IMG/VR virus record: IMGVR_UViG_2778261393_000006
DNA: 40,899 nt
From: a virus
Taxonomy: Duplodnaviria; Heunggongvirae; Uroviricota; Caudoviricetes
Direction: 5' to 3' (one strand)
Part shown: positions 34,683-40,899 of the stretch, piece by piece
Layout of the letters: each line of letters starts with the position of its first letter
Numbering within the stretch: the stretch's first letter is position 1
The notes under the pieces: model-generated
Database searches by the model: none
What the model was told of the DNA's origin: nothing
Seen by the model: the letters and a program-made list of their open reading frames with translations, nothing else
Translations under genes and position numbers: made by a program

Positions 34683-37600
34683 ATGGCAGAGCAAACCTCG
34701 CGTCTCGCAATAATTATTGATAGCACTGGAGCAAAAAATAATGCTGACAATCTGACCTCCTCATTAGTCAAAATGACGCAGGCCGGGGAAACTGCTGCAA
34801 ATAGCGCAGGGAAAGTGACTAAGGCAACAGAAGATGAGAAGAACGCGCTCGCAAAATTAAAAGCAGCTATTGATCCAGTTGGTGCCGCAATTGATACTGT
34901 CGGTCGACGCTATTCTGAATTAAAGAAATTTTTCGATAAAGGGCTTATTGATAAAGAAGAATATGAATTTCTTGTCCGTAAACTTAATGAAACCACAGAG
35001 GAATTGAGCGGGGTTGCGCAAGCGCAGAGAGAAGCCGAGAAGGCCGGAAAACTTGCTGCCGCCCAGCAGGAAGCGCAGACTCAGGCCTTTCAAAGAATGC
35101 TGGACAAGATCGACCCTCTGGCTGCGGCGCTAAGAAATCTTGAACAACAGCAGGATGAACTTAATGCTGCGTTTGCATCCGGGAAAATAAATGGTTCTCA
35201 GTTTGAGAATTATAGCCGAAAAATACAGGAAACACGGCGAGAGCTTACCGGAGAGGCTCAGGCAGAGCGAGAAGCAGCAAAAGCGCATGATGAACAGGTT
35301 GCTGCTTTGCAACGTCTGATTGCTCAACTTGACCCTGTCGGAACTGCTTTTAATCGTCTGGTAGAACAACAGAAACAGCTCAATGAAGCAAAAGCTAAGG
35401 GGATGCTCTCTCCTGAAATGTATGAGGAACTTTCTGGAAAACTTCGTGCTATGCGGAGTGAGCTTGAGGTTACTCAATCTCAATTAAGCAAAACCGGAAT
35501 GTCGGCAAAACAAACGGCTTTTGCTATGCGCATGTTGCCTGCACAAATGACGGATATTGTTGTTGGGTTGTCCACTGGTCAGTCGCCTTTTATGGTGTTA
35601 ATGCAGCAGGGCGGCCAGCTAAAAGATATGTTCGGTGGGATTGGCCCGGCGATCAAAGGTGTTGGTTCTTATGTGCTGGGATTAATTAATCCTTTTACCC
35701 TGGCCGCAGCAGCCGTTGGCGTCTTAGGGCTGGCTTACTATAAAGGCTCTCAGGAGCAGGACGAATTTAATAAGTCTCTTATTCTTACCGGAAATCAGTT
35801 GGGGACAACCAGCGGGCAATTGGCCGATATAGTTCAACGTGCCGGGAATGCGGCTGATTCGACAACTGGCGCTGCGGCGGCAGTATTAAACCAGCTTGTG
35901 CGTTCGGGAAAGGTAGCGAGCAGTTCGCTGGAGCAAGTGACGACAGCGATAGTAAAAACGAGCGAAGTAACAGGAATATCAACCGAACAACTGGTTAATG
36001 ACTTCAATGAAATTGCAAAGGATCCTGTCAGTGCCATATCAAAACTTAATGATCAGTACCATTTTCTGACAATTGCGACTTATAACCAGATTAAGGCGCT
36101 ACAGGATGAAGGGAACCAGCAGGAGGCCGCCCGCATTGCGACAGAAGCATACTCATCCTCAATGATCCAGCGCACCAACCAGATTAAAGAAAATCTTGGT
36201 TATCTTGAGACTGCATGGAAAGCTGTCGCAGACTCCGCAAAATGGGCATGGGATTCCATGCTGGATATTGGCCGTGAGGCCTCCCTTGATCAAAAAATCT
36301 CAGATGTTCTCCGTCAAATTGATGAAATAGAAAAAAATACCCGACCCGGAGTTTTCGGGTTAGGTGGCATTGGAGATGGCGGAGCTCAAAATAAAAGGCT
36401 GGCACGATTAAAGCAGCAATTGGGCGTACTTCAAGCAGAAAAAATTGCTCAGGACGTACTAAATTCATCAATAAACGATTACAACAAGCGACAACAGGAA
36501 GGAATTGAACTCAGACAGAGAGCAGATGCCTTTTCAAAACAATATCAGACCCGGGAGCAGCAGAGAGCTAGTGAACTTGCAAAACTGGAAAAACTAAAGA
36601 GTCAGTATTCAAAGGAAGAATATAATAATCTTATCGCTCAAATAAATGAGCGTTATAAAGATCCAAAGCAACCAAAGGCGAAAGGTTATTCGGATGATGC
36701 TGCCCAACGAATGATTGATCATCTGAATCAACAGAATGCGTTACTAAGTTCACAAACTGAATTAACCGTTAAATTAAGTTCCTCTGAACAGGAACTGGTT
36801 AAGTGGCGTCAGCAGATTGCCGACCTGGAGTCACGACCGTCATCGAAATTAACCAAGGATCAGAAATCGCTTCTCTTACACCGGGAAGAAATAACCGCGT
36901 TGATGGAGAAAAATGTTGCGATTGAAAAAAATAACAGGCTAATCAAGGAATCCGCCGAAATAGCTGCATGGCGTGATTCATTGCAGGCTTCGATTGATAA
37001 TCGTCAACAGGGGTATGATATTCAGATTGCTGGTTATGGGGTTGGCGATAAAAATCAGCAACGCCAGCAGGAATTACTGCGGATTGAACGTGAATATAAC
37101 AATCAGCGTCTGCAACTTGAACGTGACTATGCAGATAAATCCCGTGGGATGTCAAATCATGTTTTTCAGGAGAAAATGCAGGCTCTGAATGATGCTCTGG
37201 AACGAGAAAAAGAAATTGTCAGACAGAAAAACGAGCAGCTCGATATTCAGGCAGGAGACTGGGTTAGTGGTGCCTCCCAGGGATTCAATAACTGGCTGGA
37301 TGACACTAAGGATATCAGTGAGCAGATAAAATCAACCACGACTCAGATGTTTGATGGAATGACCGATGCGCTGGGTGATTTTGTCACGACAGGCAAAGCA
37401 AATTTTCGTTCTTTCGCTACTTCCGTGATTTCGGATCTTAGTCGAATAGCATTAAAGGCTTCAATTACTGGGATTTTCGACAGCATTAGTAACAGTTCTT
37501 CTGGGGGGATTTTAGGAACTATCGGGAGTGCTATTAGTAAATTTATTCCGAATGCAAAGGGCGGTGTTTATGAGTCTCCGTCATTGAACACGTATTCGAA

Positions 37601-37916
37601 CGGTATTTATGATTCCCCGCAATTTTTTGCTTTTGCAAGAGGGGCTGGTGTTTTTGGTGAGGCTGGTCCGGAAGCCATTATGCCATTAACACGAACTTCC
37701 GATGGTTCTCTTGGTGTCAGAGCTGTTAATAGTAAAAGTGGTAATGGAGGCGGAGATATTACCTATGCCCCTGTATACCAAATCACTATTCAAAATGACG
37801 GCCAGAATGGAGAGATTGGCCCTCAGGCAATAAAAGCACTTATGGGGATGGTTGATCAGCGGGTGCAGGGCAATCTGTTAAATATGCGACGTGATGGGGG
37901 AATGTTAAGTGGCTAA
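34683..37916 (+). CDS. Tail tape measure protein
   Basis: 1077-aa ORF, coiled-coil-rich N-terminal half with internal repeats, hydrophobic segment, C-terminal region; position and size typical of siphovirus TMP. Confidence 0.85.
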   Translation: MAEQTSRLAIIIDSTGAKNNADNLTSSLVKMTQAGETAANSAGKVTKATEDEKNALAKLKAAIDPVGAAIDTVGRRYSELKKFFDKGLIDKEEYEFLVRKLNETTEELSGVAQAQREAEKAGKLAAAQQEAQTQAFQRMLDKIDPLAAALRNLEQQQDELNAAFASGKINGSQFENYSRKIQETRRELTGEAQAEREAAKAHDEQVAALQRLIAQLDPVGTAFNRLVEQQKQLNEAKAKGMLSPEMYEELSGKLRAMRSELEVTQSQLSKTGMSAKQTAFAMRMLPAQMTDIVVGLSTGQSPFMVLMQQGGQLKDMFGGIGPAIKGVGSYVLGLINPFTLAAAAVGVLGLAYYKGSQEQDEFNKSLILTGNQLGTTSGQLADIVQRAGNAADSTTGAAAAVLNQLVRSGKVASSSLEQVTTAIVKTSEVTGISTEQLVNDFNEIAKDPVSAISKLNDQYHFLTIATYNQIKALQDEGNQQEAARIATEAYSSSMIQRTNQIKENLGYLETAWKAVADSAKWAWDSMLDIGREASLDQKISDVLRQIDEIEKNTRPGVFGLGGIGDGGAQNKRLARLKQQLGVLQAEKIAQDVLNSSINDYNKRQQEGIELRQRADAFSKQYQTREQQRASELAKLEKLKSQYSKEEYNNLIAQINERYKDPKQPKAKGYSDDAAQRMIDHLNQQNALLSSQTELTVKLSSSEQELVKWRQQIADLESRPSSKLTKDQKSLLLHREEITALMEKNVAIEKNNRLIKESAEIAAWRDSLQASIDNRQQGYDIQIAGYGVGDKNQQRQQELLRIEREYNNQRLQLERDYADKSRGMSNHVFQEKMQALNDALEREKEIVRQKNEQLDIQAGDWVSGASQGFNNWLDDTKDISEQIKSTTTQMFDGMTDALGDFVTTGKANFRSFATSVISDLSRIALKASITGIFDSISNSSSGGILGTIGSAISKFIPNAKGGVYESPSLNTYSNGIYDSPQFFAFARGAGVFGEAGPEAIMPLTRTSDGSLGVRAVNSKSGNGGGDITYAPVYQITIQNDGQNGEIGPQAIKALMGMVDQRVQGNLLNMRRDGGMLSG

Positions 37917-38247
37917 TACGGAAGAATTTCACTGGTTACCAGAGGATGGAATGAAAACAGAAAATAAACCATCGATAAAAACTGTAAGATTTGGCGATGG
38001 TTATGAGCAACGAAGTCCAAATGGACTTAATCATTCTCTGCGCGTTTTCACCTGTGATTTCAAAGTTGAGGCGAATGAACGTGATTCATTTGAAAAATTT
38101 TTAGCCCGGCATGAAGGCTATAAATCTTTTTTTTGGCGCCCGCCGGGTATTAACAGAAAAATCAGAGTGGTGTGTCGAACGTGGTCAGCGACAGAACATA
38201 TCACCTATACCGATTTTTCGTGTCAGTTTGACGAAGTGGTGATCTGA
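37909..38247 (+). CDS. Minor tail protein M (lambda gpM-like)
   Basis: 112-aa ORF with [16 protein letters not shown]... similar to lambda gpM from memory; synteny. Confidence 0.8.
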   Translation: MANTEEFHWLPEDGMKTENKPSIKTVRFGDGYEQRSPNGLNHSLRVFTCDFKVEANERDSFEKFLARHEGYKSFFWRPPGINRKIRVVCRTWSATEHITYTDFSCQFDEVVI

Positions 38248-38945
38248 TGCAGGACATACAACAGGAAACGCTGAATGAATGCATTCGTGCGGAGCAGTCG
38301 GCCAGCGTGGTGCTCTGGGAAATCGACCTGACCGAGGTAGGCAGGGATCGCTACTTTTTCTGTAATGAGCAGAACGAAAAAGGTGAGTCTGTCACCTGGC
38401 AGAGTCGGCAGTATCAGGCCTATCCCATTCAGGGGAGTGGATTTGAGATGAACGGCAAGGGCAGTGCTGCCCGTCCGACACTGGCGGTCTCTAACCTGCA
38501 CGGCATGATCACCGGGATGGCGGAAGATCTGCAGAGTCTGGTCGGCGGAACGGTGGTCCGGCGTAAGGTTTACGCCCGCTTTCTGGATGCGGTGAACTTC
38601 GTCAACGGAAACAGCGAAGCCGATCCGGAGCAGGAGGTGATCAGCCGCTGGCGCATCGAGCAGTGCAGCGAACTGAGCGCGGTCAGTGCCTCTTTTGTAC
38701 TGTCCACGCCGACTGAAACGGATGGCGCTGTTTTTCCGGGACGTATCATGCTGGCCAACACCTGCACCTGGACCTATCGCGGCGATGAGTGCGGTTATAG
38801 CGGTCCGGCGGTCGCGGATGAATATGACCAGCCGACGTCCGATATCACGAAGGATAAATGCAGCAAATGCCTGAGTGGCTGTAAGTTTCGCAATAATGTC
38901 GGCAACTTTGGCAGCTTCCTTTCCATTAACAAACTTTCGCAGTAA
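38247..38945 (+). CDS. Minor tail protein L (lambda gpL-like)
   Basis: 232-aa [35 protein letters not shown]... matches lambda gpL from memory, including C-terminal Cys cluster. Confidence 0.85.
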   Translation: MQDIQQETLNECIRAEQSASVVLWEIDLTEVGRDRYFFCNEQNEKGESVTWQSRQYQAYPIQGSGFEMNGKGSAARPTLAVSNLHGMITGMAEDLQSLVGGTVVRRKVYARFLDAVNFVNGNSEADPEQEVISRWRIEQCSELSAVSASFVLSTPTETDGAVFPGRIMLANTCTWTYRGDECGYSGPAVADEYDQPTSDITKDKCSKCLSGCKFRNNVGNFGSFLSINKLSQ

Positions 38946-38950
38946 ATCCC

Positions 38951-39694
38951 ATGACAGAGACAGAATCAGCGATTCTGGCGCACGCCCGGCGATGTGCGCC
39001 AGCGGAGTCGTGCGGCTTCGTGGTGAGAACGCCGGAGGAGGAAAGATATTTTCCCTGCGTGAATATCTCCGGTGAGCCGGAGGAGTATTTCCGGATGTCG
39101 CCGGAGGACTGGCTGAGTGCAGAAATGCAGGGAGAGATTGTGGCGCTGGTCCACAGCCACCCCGGTGGTCTGCCCTGGCTGAGTGAGGCCGACCGGCGGC
39201 TGCAGGTACAGAGTGATTTGCCGTGGTGGCTGGTCTGCCGGGGGGCGATTCATAAATTCCGCTGTGTGCCGCATCTCACCGGGCGGCGCTTTGAGCACGG
39301 GGTAACGGACTGTTACACGCTGTTCCGGGACGCTTACCATCTGGCGGGAATTGAGATGCCGGATTTTCATCGCGGGGATGACTGGTGGCGTAACGGTCAG
39401 AATCTCTATCTGGATAATCTGGAGGCCACAGGGCTGTATCAGGTGCCGTTGTCAGCGGCGCAGCCGGGCGATGTGCTGCTGTGCTGTTTTGGTTCATCGG
39501 TGCCGAATCATGCCGCCATTTACTGTGGTGACAGCGAGCTGCTGCACCATATTCCTGAACAACTGAGCAAACGAGAGAGGTACACCGACAAATGGCAGCG
39601 ACGCACACACTCCCTCTGGCGTCACCGGGCATGGCACGCATCTGCCTTTACGGGGATTTACAACGATTTGGCCGCCGCATCGACCTTCGAGTGA
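38951..39694 (+). CDS. Tail assembly protein K (lambda gpK-like, MPN/NlpC-P60 type)
   Basis: ORF MTETESAILAHARRCAPAESCGFVV...HSHPGG (JAB/MPN motif) matches lambda gpK from memory; track ORF is longer than I recall for lambda K and overlaps gene I by about 100 nt. Confidence 0.8.
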   Translation: MTETESAILAHARRCAPAESCGFVVRTPEEERYFPCVNISGEPEEYFRMSPEDWLSAEMQGEIVALVHSHPGGLPWLSEADRRLQVQSDLPWWLVCRGAIHKFRCVPHLTGRRFEHGVTDCYTLFRDAYHLAGIEMPDFHRGDDWWRNGQNLYLDNLEATGLYQVPLSAAQPGDVLLCCFGSSVPNHAAIYCGDSELLHHIPEQLSKRERYTDKWQRRTHSLWRHRAWHASAFTGIYNDLAAASTFE

Positions 39695-40233
39695 AAACGG
39701 GGTCCGAAGCCATCCGGGCGCTGGCCATGCAGATCCCGGCATTTCGTCAGAAACTGAGCGACGGCTGGTACCAGGTACGCATTGCCGGGCGTGATGCAGG
39801 TGAAACCGAATTGTCTGCCCGTCTTAATGAGCCGCTGGAAAATGGTGCCGTGATCCATATCGTGCCGCGTCTGGCAGGAGCCAAAAGTGGCGGTGTGTTT
39901 CAGGCTGTGCTGGGGGCGGCTGTTATGGCGGTTGCTATATGGATGCCGGGGGTAGGAATTATGGCGAGTAATCTGCTGTTTTCTCTCGGTGCCAGTATGA
40001 CGCTTGGCGGTGTTGCACAGATGCTGGCCCCTAAACCCAAAACCCCCCGCACACAGACAACGGATAACGGCAAACAGAACACCTATTTTTCTTCACTGGA
40101 TAACATGGTTGCCCAGGGCAATGTTCTGCCGGTTCTGTACGGTGAAATGCGCGTGGGGTCACGCGTGGTTTCTCAGGAGATCAGCACGGCAGACGAAGGG
40201 GATGGTGGTCAGGTTGTGGTGATTGGTCGCTGA
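39592..40233 (+). CDS. Tail assembly protein I (lambda gpI-like)
   Basis: 213-aa ORF MAATHTLPLASPGMARICLYGDLQRFGRRIDLRV... matches lambda gpI from memory. Confidence 0.8.
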   Translation: MAATHTLPLASPGMARICLYGDLQRFGRRIDLRVKTGSEAIRALAMQIPAFRQKLSDGWYQVRIAGRDAGETELSARLNEPLENGAVIHIVPRLAGAKSGGVFQAVLGAAVMAVAIWMPGVGIMASNLLFSLGASMTLGGVAQMLAPKPKTPRTQTTDNGKQNTYFSSLDNMVAQGNVLPVLYGEMRVGSRVVSQEISTADEGDGGQVVVIGR

Positions 40234-40251
40234 TGCAAAATGTTTTATGTG

Positions 40252-40275
40252 AAACCGCCTCCGGGCGGTTTTATC
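40252..40275 (+). terminator. Terminator-like hairpin between genes I and J
   Basis: AAACCGCC-TCCG-GGCGGTTT stem-loop followed by TATCGTTTA; lies 19 bp after the I stop and before the J ribosome-binding site. Confidence 0.35.
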
Positions 40276-40293
40276 GTTTATGGAGCATGACGA

Positions 40294-40899
40294 ATGGGTA
40301 AAGGCAGCAGTAAGGGGCATACCCCGCGCGAAGCGAAGGACAACCTGAAGTCCACGCAGCTGCTGAGTGTGATCGATGCCATCAGCGAAGGGCCGGTTGA
40401 AGGTCCGGTGGATGGATTAAAAAGCGTGCTGCTGAACAGTACGCCGGTGCTGGACAGTGAGGGGAATACCAATATATCCGGCGTCACGGTGGTGTTCCGG
40501 GCAGGTGAGCAGGAGCAGACACCGCCGGAGGGATTTGAATCCTCCGGCTCCGAGACGGTGCTGGGTACGGAAGTGAAGTACGACACGCCGATTACCCGGA
40601 CCATCACGTCTGCAAACATCGACCGTCTGCGCTTTACCTTCGGTGTGCAGGCACTGGTGGAAACCACCTCAAAGGGTGACAGGAATCCGTCGGAAGTCCG
40701 TCTGCTGGTTCAGATACAGCGTAATGGTGGCTGGGTGACGGAAAAAGACATCACCATTAAGGGCAAAACCACCTCGCAGTATCTGGCCTCGGTGGTGGTG
40801 GATAACCTGCCGCCGCGCCCGTTCAATATCCGGATGCGCAGGATGACGCCGGACAGCACCACAGACCAGCTGCAGAACAAAACGCTCTGGTCGTCATAC
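40294..40899 (+). CDS. Tail tip / host-specificity protein J (lambda gpJ-like), 5' portion only; runs off window end
   Basis: Not in track because no stop in window; hand translation from ATG 40294 (preceded by TGGAG): MGKGSSKGHTPREAKDNLKSTQLLSVIDAISEGPVEGPVDG..., matching lambda J N-terminus from memory. Confidence 0.8.
   Translation, partial: MGKGSSKGHTPREAKDNLKSTQLLSVIDAISEGPVEGPVDGLKSVLLNSTPVLDSEGNTNISGVTVVFRAGEQEQTPPEGFESSGSETVLGTEVKYDTPITRTITSANIDRLRFTFGVQALVETTSKGDRNPSEVRLLVQIQRNGGWVTEKDITIKGKTTSQYLASVVVDNLPPRPFNIRMRRMTPDSTTDQLQNKTLWSSY

Noticed and set aside
35130-36471. Minus-strand ORFs (65-117 aa) inside the tape measure gene
   Set aside because: Antisense to the 1077-aa tape measure frame; typical spurious ORFs in a long coiled-coil-encoding gene.
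40278-40667. 129-aa minus-strand ORF
   Set aside because: Antisense to the clear gpJ N-terminal coding sequence that starts at 40294.

Overview
This window is the left ~41 kb of a Rac-like lambdoid prophage of Escherichia coli, running from the integrase stop codon (bases 1-3) to the 5' part of the tail-tip gene J, which is cut off by the window end. Leftward-transcribed early genes (intR, xis, ydaC, ralR, recT, recE, racC, ydaE, kilR, ydaF, ydaG, racR) are followed by rightward genes: sieB, ydaS/ydaT, replication genes ydaU/ydaV, ydaW, a nin-like region with antiterminator Q, a lambda-type lysis cassette (S, R, Rz/Rz1), trkG, and a complete head and tail morphogenesis module. From memory of E. 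coli K-12, this copy retains blocks that K-12 Rac has lost (nin/Q region, S and R, full head/tail genes), and its IS5 sits at a different place. The most interesting candidates for undescribed biology are three accessory islands: (1) an AT-rich cassette in the Q-S moron slot encoding a 189-aa three-TM membrane protein with a convergent 53-aa ORF and its own terminator; (2) a ParB/Srx-fold nuclease-domain protein paired with a GT-A-like (DxD) glycosyltransferase just upstream of the terminase; (3) an island between replication and nin genes carrying IS5, a KilA-N protein, a hok/sok-type locus with a truncated Hok, a DUF1971/YeaR-like gene and ~840 bp of AT-rich non-coding DNA with long palindromes. 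All calls rest on reading the sequence and ORF translations plus remembered family knowledge; no database search was run, and coordinates of non-coding features may be off by a base or two.
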